A stretch of 64,000 nucleotides of DNA from an uncultured Gammaproteobacteria bacterium (GCA_963773065.1 CAVYZN010000032.1:1-64000); one strand, 5' to 3'. Counted from the first letter of the stretch, positions 9,038-20,604 are shown. Notes: a model not told the origin generated them from the sequence alone. Translations and numbers: made by a program.

Positions 9038-10749
9038 ATGTCACGGATCGATAAACTGGATGCCCGCCTTGACGGCGTTGGTCACCTGCTCGCTGATCGG
9101 TACATCGTTGTCCCGCCATATCAACGCGCTTATTCCTGGACGGATGAACAGATCACGGATCTTCTGCGAGACCTCTCAGACGCAATACGGAGCAAGGATT
9201 CTGAATATTTCCTCGGAACCATTGTTCTTACCAAGAACAACGAGGGCTCTCACTTTGTGATCGACGGCCAACAAAGGCTGGCGACCGTAAGCATTCTTAT
9301 CTGCGCCATCCGAAATTACTTCTATACTATTGGCGACAAAGAACGCGGCGATTTGCTTCATCAAGGATACCTTGCGAAAAAGGACCTCCGGGAGCTGACA
9401 GAGACAGCGCACTTGAAGCTGATCGCCGCGGACAACGGGTTCTATGAAAGTGCGATCCTGTCGAGGTCGCACTCTGCTCCACCCGCCCGGAAAGCATCAC
9501 GAAAGAAGCAAGGCCCGGCATCGCATACACGTCTCGAACAGGCGCTGCGCCTCGCGACGGAACACGTCAACGCCATCGTCAATCAAACGCACGATCCTAC
9601 CCGGTTTCTTCTCGAATGGAACGACTATCTGAAGGAGAAGGCAAAAGTCATCGTTGTGGAGGTCAATGACGAGGCGGCAGCTTACACGATTTTCGAGGTT
9701 CTTAATGATCGCGGGTTGGAGCTTTCCGTCTCGGATCTCTTGAAGAATTTCATCTTTCGTGTTGCAGATGACAGGGTGAATGAGGCGCAACAACATTGGA
9801 CAACGATGGTAGGGATCTTGGAGGGATCAGGCGCGGAAGAAAAGGACTTGAGAACATTCATCCGCCATGTCTGGGCCTCGCGCCACGGACTGACCAGGGA
9901 AAAAGAGCTTTACGACCGTATCCGGACTTCTGTTACCAGCAAGCAGCGTGCGGTCGATTTGGCGGGAGACCTCAGTCAGCAGGCGAGGATATACGCCGCG
10001 CTGGAGAATCCTAGCGATGAGTTCTGGAAGCCGTATGGGTCCACCGTCCGGGATTCCGTCGATGCCCTCCTTCTTCTTAAAGCAATCCAAATCCGACCCT
10101 TGGTCCTCGCTGTGTTGAAGACAGTTTAAGGAGAAGGAGGTCAGACGGGCGCTTCCCGATGCTTGTTTGCTGGACTGTTCGATTTCTCATCGTCGGGAAA
10201 GTTGGCAGCGGCGCATTGGAGAGCGGATATTCGGAGCGGGCGAAAGAGGTAAGTAACGGAACGCTTGAGACGGCAACAGCGCTTTACGAGGCAAGCAAAA
10301 ACTACCTGGCTGGCGACGATGAATTCGAGCAGGCATTCAGAACGGCTCGGGTCTCGGCTCATTAACTGGCGCGGTTCTACCTCCGGATTCTTGAGCACTC
10401 TGCGAGCCTTCCCAGAAGCAAAGAGTTGGTTTTCAATCCAAGCGAGCTTGCTGTCACGCTTGAACATATCATGCCACAGACGCAAGAACCGCACTGGACG
10501 CATATCACCGAGGACCAGCATAAATCCTATGTGAACAGGCTCGGTAATCTTGAACTCCTCGACAAGGACCTCAATGAGAAGGCAGGAAATCTCGCATTTT
10601 CCGAGAAGGCAGAAACCTTCGCCAAATCGCAGATCGAGTTGACGCGCAGAATCTCAGCCGCACCCACATGGGACCTGAAGGCGATCGAAGCCAGACAGGA
10701 TGAACTTGCAATACTTGCTGTGAAAGCGTGGCCGCTCAAGCCACGATAG
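9038..10749 (+). pseudogene. DUF262-DUF1524 (GmrSD-family) nuclease, interrupted
   Basis: PPYQRAYSW, IDGQQRL, FEVLNDRG (DUF262); LEHIMPQ...RLGNL...N (DUF1524 HNH); frameshifts at ~10120 and ~10155, in-frame TAA at 10363. Confidence 0.85.
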
Positions 10750-10849
10750 CCAAGCGCATCAACTTGGGTCTTGACTTTCTGGGCGGCGAGCCTTCACCTG
10801 TCAACCGCGTCGAAGAAGAGGAACCGCTCAGCGGCGGGTCGCTGTACAT

Positions 10850-13800
10850 CTACCGTGTCGTGGCGGTACCGCGCCGCTTCCACAGCAGATACACCGCCGG
10901 GATCACCACCAGCGTCAGCAGTGAGACGCTGAGCATGCCGCCCACCATGGGGGCGGCGATGCGGCGCATGACCTCCGCGCCGGTGCCGCCGCCCAGCATG
11001 ATCGGCAGCAGGCCGGCGATGATGGCCGCCTTGGTCATCATAACGGGGCGCACGCGCAGCAGGGCGCCGTCGATGACGGCATGGCGCACATCGGCCGCCG
11101 TCAGCACGCGTTGTTCCCGTTGCGCCTGTTCGCGCTGGCGCTGCATCGCCTGGTTGAGATACACCAGCATCACCACGCCGATCTCCACCGCGACGCCGGC
11201 GAGCGCGATGAAGCCGACGCCGGCCGCCACCGACAGGTTGTAATCCAGCCAGTAGAGCAGCCAGAAGCCGCCCACCAGCGCCAGCGGCAGGGTGCCGATG
11301 ATGATCAGCACTTCGGCGAACTGGCGGAAATTGAGATACAGCAGCAGCACGATGATAGCCAGGGTGATGGGCGCGACCAGCGCCAGCCGCTGCTTGGCGC
11401 GCACCAGGTATTCGTATTGTCCCGACCAGGCGAGCGAATAGCCCGGTGGCAGTTGCACCTGTTCATTGACGGCGCGCCCGGCCTCGGCCACGTAGGAGCC
11501 GAGGTCGCGGCCCTCGATGTAGATGAACGTCCAGCCGTTGAGACGGGCATTCTCGGTCTTGATCATGCCGGGACCGTCATCGATGCGGATCTCGGCCACC
11601 TCGGCCAGCGGGATATTCGCACCGGCGGGGGTGACGATGGGCAGGTTGCGCAGCTTCTCGAGCGAGTCGCGCACGTCGCGCGGGTAGCGGATGTTGATCG
11701 GGTAACGCTCCAGCCCTTCCACGGTCTGCGCCACCTGCATGCCGCCGATCGCGGTGCGCACCACCTCCTGGACATCGGCGATGTTGAGCGCGAAGCGCGC
11801 CGCCGCCAGCCGGTCGATGTCGATGGTCACGTAGCGATCCCCGACGACCCGTTCCGAATAGGCCGATACCGTGCCCGGGACGGTCTTGACCACCTCCTCG
11901 ATGCGCTTGCCGATGGCCTCGATGACGTTCAGATCGGGGCCGGCGACCTTCACGCCGACCGGGGTCTTGATCCCCGTCGCCAGCATGTCGATACGGTTTT
12001 TGATCGGCGGCACCCAGGCATTGGCGAGACTCGGGATCTGCACCACCCGGTTCAGCTCCTTCTTGAGCGCCTCCAGGGTCATGCCCGGCCGCCATTGCTC
12101 GCGCGGTTTGAGCAGAACGGTGGTCTCGACCATGGTGAGCGGCGCCGGATCGGTCGCCGTCTCGGCCCGGCCGATCTTGCCGAACACGCGCCTCACCTCC
12201 GGGACCGTGCGGATGAGTTTGTCGGTTTGCTGCAGCAACTGCTGGGCCTTGCCGATGGACAGGGCCGGAAACGTCGTCGGCATGTACAGCAGGTCGCCTT
12301 CATCGAGGTCCGGCATGAATTCGGTGCCGAGCCTGGCCGCGGGCCACAAGCCGGTCACCACCAGCACCAGCGAGACCAGCAGCACGCCCCCGGGTCTGTT
12401 CAGCACCAGGTTGAGCAGCGGGCGGTAACCCGCGATCATGAGGCGGTCGATGGGGTTGCGCGACTCCGGGATGATGCGCCCGCGGATGAAATAACCCATG
12501 AGCACCGGCACCAGGGTGACCGACAAGCCGGCGGCCGCGGCCATGGCGAAGGTCTTGGTATAGGCCAGCGGGGCGAACAAACGGCCTTCCTGCGCCTGCA
12601 GGGAAAATACCGGCAGGAAGCTCAGCGTGATGATGAGCAGCGAAAAGAACAGCGGCGGCCCCACCTCCGTGGATGCCTGGCGCATGATCTCCCAGCGATT
12701 GTCTCGCGTGACGGTTTCCCTTTCCAGATGCTTGTGCACGTTCTCGATCATGACGATGGCCGCATCGACCATGGCGCCGATCGCGATCGCGATGCCGCCG
12801 AGCGACATGATGTTGGCATTGATGCCCAGGCGTTCCATGACGATGAAGGCGGTGAGTATGCCGAGCGGCAGGGAGATGACGATGACCAGCGCCGAGCGCA
12901 GGTGAAACAGGAAAACCGCGCACACCAGTGCGACCACGACGAACTCCTCGATCAGCTTGTGGTTGAGCGTGGCCACGGCGCGCTCGATCAGCGCCGAGCG
13001 GTCGTAGGTCTCGACGATCTCGACGCCCGCAGGCAGCCCCTTGCGCAGCTCGGCGAGCTTCGCCTTGACGCCCTCGATGGTCTTGAGCGCGTTTTCGCCG
13101 TAACGCATCACGATGATGCCGCCCACCACTTCGCCCTCGCCGTCGAGCTCGGCGATGCCGCGGCGCATCTGCGGGCCGATGCGGATCTCGGCGACGTCCT
13201 CGAGCAGGATGGGCGCGCCCCGTTCGTTCACGCCGAGCGGGATGTGCCGCAAGTCATCGAGTTCATTCACGTAGCCGGTGGCGCGCAGCATGTACTCGGC
13301 CTCGGCCAGCTCGATGACCGAACCGCCGACCTCCTGGTTGCCCTCGATGATGGCATTGCGCACCCGGGCGAGCGGCAGCTTGTAGGCGCGCAGCTTGTCG
13401 GGATCGAGCACCACCTGGTACTGCTTCACCATGCCGCCGACGGTGGCGACCTCGGACACCCCGTGCACGGTCTTCAGTTCGTATTTCAGGAACCAGTCCT
13501 GCAGGCTGCGCAACTGGGCGAGATCATGCCGGCCGCTGCGATCGACGAGGGCGTACTCGTACACCCAGCCGACGCCGGTCGCGTCCGGGCCCAGTTCGAG
13601 GCGCGCCTCGGGCGGCAGCTTGCCGGATGCCTGGCTCAGGTATTCGAGCACACGGCTGCGCGCCCAGTAGGGGTCGGTGCCGTCCTCGAAGATCACGTAC
13701 ACGTAGGAATCCCCGAAAAAGGAATAACCGCGCACGTTCACCGCCTTGGGCACCGACAGCATGGCCGTGGTGAGCGGGTAGGTGATCTGGTCCTCCACCA

Positions 13801-13978
13801 CCTGCGGCGCCTGTCCGGGGTAGCTGGTGCGGATGATGACCTGGACGTCCGAGAGATCGGGTATCGCATCGACCGGTGTCTGCTTGAGCGCGTAGATGCC
13901 CCAGCCGGTCAGGAACACCGTCAGCAGGAGGATCAGGAAGCGGTTGTGAATAGACCAGTCGATCAGGCGCGCGATCAT
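10850..13978 (-). CDS. cusA: CusA/SilA heavy-metal RND efflux permease
   Basis: [40 protein letters not shown]; 1042 aa. Confidence 0.95.
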   Translation of the reverse strand: MIARLIDWSIHNRFLILLLTVFLTGWGIYALKQTPVDAIPDLSDVQVIIRTSYPGQAPQVVEDQITYPLTTAMLSVPKAVNVRGYSFFGDSYVYVIFEDGTDPYWARSRVLEYLSQASGKLPPEARLELGPDATGVGWVYEYALVDRSGRHDLAQLRSLQDWFLKYELKTVHGVSEVATVGGMVKQYQVVLDPDKLRAYKLPLARVRNAIIEGNQEVGGSVIELAEAEYMLRATGYVNELDDLRHIPLGVNERGAPILLEDVAEIRIGPQMRRGIAELDGEGEVVGGIIVMRYGENALKTIEGVKAKLAELRKGLPAGVEIVETYDRSALIERAVATLNHKLIEEFVVVALVCAVFLFHLRSALVIVISLPLGILTAFIVMERLGINANIMSLGGIAIAIGAMVDAAIVMIENVHKHLERETVTRDNRWEIMRQASTEVGPPLFFSLLIITLSFLPVFSLQAQEGRLFAPLAYTKTFAMAAAAGLSVTLVPVLMGYFIRGRIIPESRNPIDRLMIAGYRPLLNLVLNRPGGVLLVSLVLVVTGLWPAARLGTEFMPDLDEGDLLYMPTTFPALSIGKAQQLLQQTDKLIRTVPEVRRVFGKIGRAETATDPAPLTMVETTVLLKPREQWRPGMTLEALKKELNRVVQIPSLANAWVPPIKNRIDMLATGIKTPVGVKVAGPDLNVIEAIGKRIEEVVKTVPGTVSAYSERVVGDRYVTIDIDRLAAARFALNIADVQEVVRTAIGGMQVAQTVEGLERYPINIRYPRDVRDSLEKLRNLPIVTPAGANIPLAEVAEIRIDDGPGMIKTENARLNGWTFIYIEGRDLGSYVAEAGRAVNEQVQLPPGYSLAWSGQYEYLVRAKQRLALVAPITLAIIVLLLYLNFRQFAEVLIIIGTLPLALVGGFWLLYWLDYNLSVAAGVGFIALAGVAVEIGVVMLVYLNQAMQRQREQAQREQRVLTAADVRHAVIDGALLRVRPVMMTKAAIIAGLLPIMLGGGTGAEVMRRIAAPMVGGMLSVSLLTLVVIPAVYLLWKRRGTATTR

Positions 13979-15200
13979 GGCGCCGCCCCGCCGTCCTTGC
14001 GGATGGCCGCGTCGTCAGGCGGCGTCATGCGCCGGTCGCTGGCCTTGAGGCTGGCCTCGGAATCGATCAGGAACTGGCCGGAAACCACCACGTCTTCGCC
14101 GGCGTCGATGCCGGCCGCTATCTCGACCCAGTCACCGCTTTCGATGCCGGCCGTCACTTTGCGGCTGGCGAAGCGACCCCCGCCGAGGGCGACCACCACC
14201 CGTTGCTCGCGGCCGGTGCGGATCAGCGCTTCCACCGGAATGACGATGATGTCCTCCTTGGGACCGCCGAAGATCTTCACGTTGGCGTACATGTTGGGCT
14301 TGAGGATCTCCTCGGGGTTCTCGAAGCGCAGCCGCGCCTTGAGGGTGCGCGTCACCGGATCCAGGCTGGGATAGATATATTCGACCCGGCCCTCCCATTG
14401 GCGTACCGGCAGATACGACAGCCGCACCTCGGCGGCTTGTCCGACCTTGACCCAGTCCGCCTGGCGTTCGAACACCTCCGCCAGCAGCCAGACGCTGGAG
14501 AGATCGGCCAGGCTCATCACGGTCGCTTCCGGTTTGACATACATGCCTTCGCGCACCGGCAGCGAGGCGATCACCCCGTCCTGCGGGGCATAGAAGCTGA
14601 TGGTGTGCTGTACACGCTGATCCAGTTGCAGTTGCCGGATCTGGTTCGCGGATATGCCGAGCGCCGCCAGCCGGTCCCGGGAGGCCTGCACCAGGCCCTG
14701 GTTGCCCGCCTTCAGCGCCTGGATGAATTCCTCCTGGGCGTTGACCAGTTCCGGCGCATAGAGATCGAATACGCGTTCGCCCTTGCGCACCCGCTCGCCT
14801 TCGGACTTAAAGTACAGGTGCTCGATCCAGCCTTCGGTGCGCAGGTGGATATGGCCCAGTTTGGATTCATCGTAATCGACATAGCCGACGGTATCGATGT
14901 CGCGCCAAAGGCGGGATCGTTCCGCCTTGGCGGTACGCACCCCCAGGTTCTGCACGACCTCCGGGGCGATGGTCACGCTGGCGACGCCCGGTGGTGCCTC
15001 CGCCTCGGTATAGACCGGCACCAGCTCCATGCCCATGGGGGATTTGCCGGGCTTGTCGCTGCGGTAGTCCGGGAGCATGGGATCGGTCCAGTAGAGGATT
15101 TTTTTCTCACCCGTGTCCCCGGTCGCCTGGGCATGGGGCGTGATAACAGGGCGGTGAGCAGGCAGGCGCCGATCAGGTAGGCAAGATGACGCGTGTTCAT
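13975..15200 (-). CDS. cusB: CusB periplasmic adaptor (frameshift at ~15140)
   Basis: LYWTDPM...[23 protein letters not shown]; the signal peptide is in another frame from 15200. Confidence 0.88.
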
Positions 15201-16534
15201 CGGTCTTCTCCGGATAGGTAGAGCAGGCGGGCCTGCGCCTGGGCGCGTTCCACCTGCAGCCGCAGGTCATCGAGACGCACATCCAAGTCGGTGATGCGGG
15301 CGCGCATCAAGGTGGCGAAGTCGGTCACGCCGCTCTGATAGGCGTTCAGCGCGGCATCGGCGTTGGCGCCGGCCTCGGGCAGCAGCCGGGATTCATACAG
15401 CGCGGCGCGCTCTCCCAGGCGCTGCCAGTTGGCGTACTCCGATTCGAGCATCTCCTTCAGTTCCCGCAGGCGGTCGGCGCGGGTGAGCCGGGCCGCTTCG
15501 GCATCCTGAAGGCTGGCGGCGAGCCGGCGGTCCTGGCGCTTCGCGGGAAACAGCGGCAGATCGACGCTTACCATGGCGGTTAGCATGTCGGGACGGGATG
15601 CGCCGCTCGCATCCTCGCCGTAGCGCTGGCCATATTCCAGGCCGACACTCCAGCCGGGTTTGTATTGTTCGCGCGCGATCTGGACGCCCTGGCTTTCGGA
15701 TTCGATGCGCGCGGTCTCAACCAGAATCGCCGGGTGCTCCGGCAGCGCGGTCTCCAGCCGCGCCTTCGCCGGCAGCGCCGGCAGTTCCGGAAAGCCCGCG
15801 TCGATCGGCCGGGAGACGGCCTCGCCCAGCCATTTTCCCAGGCTGGCGCGGTCGTTCTCCGCCTCGTTCTGAATACGCGTGGCGCGGTCATCCAGGCGCG
15901 CGAGTTCCAGTGACGCGCTGAGCACATCCTGTTGACTGGCGCGACCGGTGGCATACTGGGCCTGGGTGATGTCGACGAGCCGGGCGAACAGGTCGCGGCT
16001 TTCCGCCACGATCCGTCCCGCCCGCACCTGGTAATAGAGTTCCAGGTAACGGGTGCGGACATCGCGGCGGAGCTTGCGGGTGTTGTCCTGGGCGCTGGCC
16101 TGCTCGGCGGCGGACTGCCATTCGCCCTGGCGCCGGCGGTAGCGCAGGGTATCCCCGGGCGGGAAGGACTGCTCCACGCCCACGACCAGTTGCGTCATGT
16201 CTTCCTGGTTTAACTTGAAGGTATCCAGCGGCAGATTGGCGACGCCCGCCTTCAGGCGGGGATCGGGCAGTTGTCCCTCGGCCACCGCGTCCTCGTTCAG
16301 GGCCTGCGCGCGCGCGCGATCGGCGGCGATCACGGGATCGGCGCCGATGGCGATCTGTTCCGCCTCGGTGAGCGTCAGCACCCCGCCAGCCTGCGCCGGC
16401 GCGGCCGCCAGGGTGAGCAGCGCGCACAGCAGGACGGCCGGCCGCGCCTGCGCGCCGCGCGGGTAAAACCGGTCGTTTTCACACGGCGGGGAAAACCGGC
16501 GCGATAACCGCAGGGTCGTTTGTATGTGCCACAT
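15197..16534 (-). CDS. TolC/CusC-family outer membrane efflux protein
   Basis: GQLPDP, QSFPPG, VDLPLF, OEP repeats; RBS GGGAG before ATG 16534. Confidence 0.88.
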   Translation of the reverse strand: MWHIQTTLRLSRRFSPPCENDRFYPRGAQARPAVLLCALLTLAAAPAQAGGVLTLTEAEQIAIGADPVIAADRARAQALNEDAVAEGQLPDPRLKAGVANLPLDTFKLNQEDMTQLVVGVEQSFPPGDTLRYRRRQGEWQSAAEQASAQDNTRKLRRDVRTRYLELYYQVRAGRIVAESRDLFARLVDITQAQYATGRASQQDVLSASLELARLDDRATRIQNEAENDRASLGKWLGEAVSRPIDAGFPELPALPAKARLETALPEHPAILVETARIESESQGVQIAREQYKPGWSVGLEYGQRYGEDASGASRPDMLTAMVSVDLPLFPAKRQDRRLAASLQDAEAARLTRADRLRELKEMLESEYANWQRLGERAALYESRLLPEAGANADAALNAYQSGVTDFATLMRARITDLDVRLDDLRLQVERAQAQARLLYLSGEDR

Positions 16535-16623
16535 GGCGAGTCTCCCTAGCCCTATCCAATGAATACCATACGGCAGACGCGAAGCGCCTGCCGCAAGCGA
16601 CGGCGGCATCGGTTCAATGCCGA

Positions 16624-17010
16624 TCAGATCGGGCAGGAGACGGGAGGTCGAAAGGGTGGTGGCAGGGAGCGCTGGCTGAAACCCGGGAAGATCGCGATAT
16701 GCCGCGTTGCCTCGGGTGTGAATGACGCTGACCGCGGGGAGGCGCTGATGGCCGGTGCGGCTTGTGCGCAGGCACACGCACTGCCACAACAGGCTCCGCC
16801 ACAGTCCCGGGTGCAGCCATGGCCGCCGTCGTGCGCGCCAGACCTGTCCGCCGTGTGTTGCGACGGGTGCGCGTCATAGTGCAGGTGCTGGCAGCCATGC
16901 GTCGAAGCCGTCGTGGACACGGCGCCCAGGGCGAGCGCGCCACGCAACGGCGCCACCGCCAGTGCGATGGCAAGCAGGTACAGCGACAGCCGGTGGCAAG
17001 TGTCCGCCAT
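16624..17010 (-). CDS. Small exported Cys/His-rich metal-binding protein (CopL/DUF2946-like)
   Basis: Signal peptide, CTRDCGGACCGSACAC, C-terminal PPFRPP; heads the cus operon. Confidence 0.65.
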   Translation of the reverse strand: MADTCHRLSLYLLAIALAVAPLRGALALGAVSTTASTHGCQHLHYDAHPSQHTADRSGAHDGGHGCTRDCGGACCGSACACAQAAPAISASPRSASFTPEATRHIAIFPGFSQRSLPPPFRPPVSCPI

Positions 17011-17225
17011 GGGAGGGAAGAGTAGCGCTTATTCCGCAAGACAATCAAGGCCAGGGCAGTTTGCCGTGCGTCGGGAAAGACGAGGCTTTGATTTTTACAC
17101 ACGGGTAAGCCGCGGTTTCGCGCGGGCGCCGGTTTGGCAACCACCCTGAGGGAGTGATTGTTATCCGCCGGGATATTACGGCATAGTACCCGGTAACCGG
17201 CATAGGCAAACGAGATGATCAGGCG

Positions 17226-17864
17226 ATGAGTGGATGCGGAGATTGTTGTGGCAGTGATTTGGCCCGCGCGACGGCCGCCGAACGGCGCACGCTCGTTATT
17301 GTCCTGCTCCTCAATGCGGTCATGTTCGTGGCCGAGTTTTCCGCCGGCCTGTTAGCCGGTTCCACGGCGCTGCTGGCGGATTCCCTGGACATGTTGGCCG
17401 ACGCCATGGTCTACGCACTCGGCCTCTTTGCCCTGGGGCGCGCGGCGCACTGGCGCGCCCGCGCCGCCCTCACCAGCGGCATGTTCCAGCTCGCGCTGGG
17501 GCTGGGTGTCGGCGTCGAGGCCGGGGTGAAGGTGTTCGTCGACGGCCTCCCCGATACGGCTACCATGGGGGTGTTCGGCGTCATCGCCCTGCTGGTCAAT
17601 TCGATCTGTTTTCTGCTGCTCTCGCGCTACCGCGACGGGGATATCAACCTGCGCGCAACCTGGATCTGCTCGCGCAACGACATGCTCGGCAACGTCGGGG
17701 TGCTGGTCGCGGCCGGTCTGGTCGGCTGGCTGGGTTCGATGTGGCCCGACATCGTGATCGGCCTCATGATCGCGGCGCTCGTAATCCGCTCCGCCGTGCG
17801 GGTTGTGCGCGAGGCGCGCGGCGAGTTGCGCGGCGAGAAAACGAGGAACGGCTTCGGCCGGTGA
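17226..17864 (+). CDS. Cation diffusion facilitator (CzcD-like, short form)
   Basis: ALLADSLDMLAD, WICSRND; N-terminal CGDCC. Confidence 0.88.
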   Translation: MSGCGDCCGSDLARATAAERRTLVIVLLLNAVMFVAEFSAGLLAGSTALLADSLDMLADAMVYALGLFALGRAAHWRARAALTSGMFQLALGLGVGVEAGVKVFVDGLPDTATMGVFGVIALLVNSICFLLLSRYRDGDINLRATWICSRNDMLGNVGVLVAAGLVGWLGSMWPDIVIGLMIAALVIRSAVRVVREARGELRGEKTRNGFGR

Positions 17865-17918
17865 GCGACAAATCGAGGAAAGACTGCTTCGTGCCATTGA
17901 AAACAGGAGAAAAAAACC

Positions 17919-18167
17919 ATGACACAATACCAGTTGAAACCCTTCAGCCCACTGTTTCTGTCAGCCGCATTGCTGGCTGGTGGCTGCACCACCTATTACC
18001 AGATCAAGGATCCCGACACGGGATATGTTTACTATGCCGATGATCTGAAGACGCTCAAAGGCGGTGCCGTGAGATTCACCGACGCACGCACCGGAAACGA
18101 AGTGACTGTCCAGGACTCCGATATCAAGGAGATTCCTAAGGACGGAATTCAACATTCGCCGCTATGA
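17919..18167 (+). CDS. Small lipoprotein
   Basis: Lipobox LAGGC; RBS AGGAG. Confidence 0.6.
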   Translation: MTQYQLKPFSPLFLSAALLAGGCTTYYQIKDPDTGYVYYADDLKTLKGGAVRFTDARTGNEVTVQDSDIKEIPKDGIQHSPL

Positions 18168-18232
18168 GCAGGCACCGCCTTCAGGAGCCGACCGAGGAAG
18201 CGAAATAGCCACGGCGAACACCGATCGATCAA

Positions 18233-18357
18233 CTTAAGGAATCTGAAACAAGTCATCCCCGCGAAAGGGGGATCGAGTAACCCACTGATCCTGGATCAGG
18301 ACTGGATTCCCGCTTTCGCGGGAACGACAGGCTTAATCAGAACTTTCTTAAGGAATC
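18233..18357. repeat. REP/MITE-like palindromic element
   Basis: GTCATCCCCGCGAAAGGGGGATC (18252-18274) inverted to GATTCCCGCTTTCGCGGGAACGAC (18305-18328); CTTAAGGAATC direct repeats at both ends. Confidence 0.7.
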
Positions 18358-18473
18358 CTGCCCGGGAAATGCGGATTCCCTTGCATCAGAACGACCGCCC
18401 CGGCTGGCAAGGCGACTCTCCGCCGCTGCCGCCCGGGTTTCTTCCACGCGAATAACTGTGGCACCATTCCTCC

Positions 18474-19160
18474 ATGACAAAGCAACGGCTACTCATCATC
18501 GAGGATGATGAAGACATACGCGAGCTGCTCGTCTACAACCTGGAAAAGAATGGCTATGCGGCGCAGGCCGTGGAAACGGGGGAAGACGGCCTTGCCAGCG
18601 CCGGCAGGCATAACCCCGACCTGATACTGCTCGATCTCATGCTGCCCGGCATGGACGGGCTGTCGGTCTGCCGGCAGCTCAAGGGCAACAAGGCGACACG
18701 CGAAATACCCATCATCATCGTGTCCGCCAAGGGCGAGGAGGCCGACATCATTACCGGGCTGGAGCTGGGGGCGGATGATTATCTGGCCAAACCGTTCAGC
18801 CCGAATATCCTGCTGTCACGGGTGCGCGCGGTGCTGCGGCGCATCGGCCAGGCCCTGCCCGACGAGGCCGCCATCCTGAAGGTGCACGAGCTGGTCATCG
18901 ACCCGAAAAAGTTCAAGGCCACGCTGGCCGGTGAGACCCTGGACCTGACCGCGAGCGAGTTCCGCATCCTCTACTACCTGGCGTCCCACCAGGGCTGGGT
19001 GTTCACCCGCTACCAGATCATGGACGCCATCCGCGGCGAGGGCTATGTCGTCACCGAGCGGGCCATCGATGTCCAGATCGCCGGTTTGCGCAAGAAACTG
19101 GGCGATCACTCCGACTACATAGAAACCGTTCGCGGCGTCGGTTATCGCTGCCTCGAGTGA
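18474..19160 (+). CDS. phoB: PhoB-like OmpR-family response regulator
   Basis: REC domain (LLDLMLPGMDG, KPFS) plus wHTH (IETVRGVGY); upstream of pst. Confidence 0.85.
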   Translation: MTKQRLLIIEDDEDIRELLVYNLEKNGYAAQAVETGEDGLASAGRHNPDLILLDLMLPGMDGLSVCRQLKGNKATREIPIIIVSAKGEEADIITGLELGADDYLAKPFSPNILLSRVRAVLRRIGQALPDEAAILKVHELVIDPKKFKATLAGETLDLTASEFRILYYLASHQGWVFTRYQIMDAIRGEGYVVTERAIDVQIAGLRKKLGDHSDYIETVRGVGYRCLE

Positions 19161-20578
19161 AGACGGGAAAAATTCCCCGCAAGCATTTCCTCTGGCTGTA
19201 CTGCGGTCTGTCGGTCGCGATCGCCGTGGCGGCGCTGCTCTCCGTCACCTGGTATGTGGCGGACCGATTCCGGGATTTTTTCATCGATCAGATCAAAACC
19301 ACCCTCGAGGCCAGGGCGCGGGGGATCGCCGACGACATGCACCGGGATGGCCTGAAAACCGCTCGGCTCACCCCACGCTGCCTCTCCCTGAAGCGCATCG
19401 ATCCGACGATCCGCGTTACCCTGATCGATGATCGGGGCGTCGTGTTATGCGACTCGGATGCCGACCCGGCCGGCCTGGAGAATCACCGCCAGCGCCCGGA
19501 AATCATCCAGGCCCTGAACGGCCAGACCGGTTCGAACATCCGCTTCAGCCAGTCCGTGCACGCCGTATTGCTCTATGTGGCAGTGCCGCTGGATATCGAT
19601 CATTCCCGATGGGTGGTGCGCACCGCCTTGTCGCTGTCCTCGATCAATCAGCTTCTCAATGAGCTCTTTAACAAGCTGCTCCTCCTGCTGCTGGCGCTAA
19701 TCACCCTCATTTTCGGCGTCGGCGTCTATGTCTACCGGAAAATCAACCCGCCGCTGGAGGAGATCCGGCATGGCGCCGAACGCTTCGCGCACGGCCGTTT
19801 CGCCGCGAAGCTTCCTGATTACCAGGTGAGGGAAATCGCCGGGCTGGCCACCGCGCTGAACCAGATGGCAACCCAGCTCGACAGCCTGGAAAATCTGCGC
19901 CGCGAGTTCGTCGCCAACGTTTCGCACGAACTGAAGACGCCGGTGACCACCATCCATGGATACGCCGAGACCCTGCTGGAAGGCGCCAAGAACAACCCGG
20001 AAGACCTCGAGCGGTTCCTGCGGATCATCGCCAGGCAGTCCGGCCGGCTGGCCGACATCATCGATGACCTGCTCACCCTGTCGCGACTGGAAAGCGCGCC
20101 GCTCGACGAGCTGCTGGCCATCGATCGCTACGCGCTGTGCGACATACTGGAATCCTCCCGGGAAGCCTGCCGCAGCCGGGCGGAAGACAAGGACATCGCG
20201 GTCATCATCGACTGCCCCGGCTCGATCGCGGTCATGGTCGACCGCTCGCTGCTCACCCAGGCGGTCATCAATCTCATCGAAAACGCCGTCAAGTACAGCC
20301 CCGAGCACACCACGGTCACGGTCACCGGCTCGCGGGACGGGCAGCGGGTGCGCATCGCCGTTACGGATCAGGGGCCGGGGATTCCGGAGTACCACGTACC
20401 ACGCCTATTCGAGCGCTTCTACCGCGCCGACAAGGCGCGCAGCCGCAAGCTCGGCGGTACCGGTCTCGGGCTGGCCATCGTCAAGCACATCGCCAGCGTG
20501 CACCAAGGGGAGGTGGATGTGGTGACCCGGATCGGCCAGGGAAGCACCTTCATCATTCTCCTGCCCGGAGAGTGGTAA
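19157..20578 (+). CDS. phoR: PhoR-like sensor histidine kinase
   Basis: EFVANVSHELKTP, FERFYRADKARSR..GGTGLGL; 2 TM plus HAMP. Confidence 0.82.
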   Translation: MKTGKIPRKHFLWLYCGLSVAIAVAALLSVTWYVADRFRDFFIDQIKTTLEARARGIADDMHRDGLKTARLTPRCLSLKRIDPTIRVTLIDDRGVVLCDSDADPAGLENHRQRPEIIQALNGQTGSNIRFSQSVHAVLLYVAVPLDIDHSRWVVRTALSLSSINQLLNELFNKLLLLLLALITLIFGVGVYVYRKINPPLEEIRHGAERFAHGRFAAKLPDYQVREIAGLATALNQMATQLDSLENLRREFVANVSHELKTPVTTIHGYAETLLEGAKNNPEDLERFLRIIARQSGRLADIIDDLLTLSRLESAPLDELLAIDRYALCDILESSREACRSRAEDKDIAVIIDCPGSIAVMVDRSLLTQAVINLIENAVKYSPEHTTVTVTGSRDGQRVRIAVTDQGPGIPEYHVPRLFERFYRADKARSRKLGGTGLGLAIVKHIASVHQGEVDVVTRIGQGSTFIILLPGEW

Positions 20579-20604
20579 CGGTCCGGCGGCCCTCTCGCGG
20601 AATC

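Noticed and set aside
11081-14374. 1097-aa plus-strand ORF
   Set aside because: Antisense shadow of cusA/cusB caused by high GC3; no motifs
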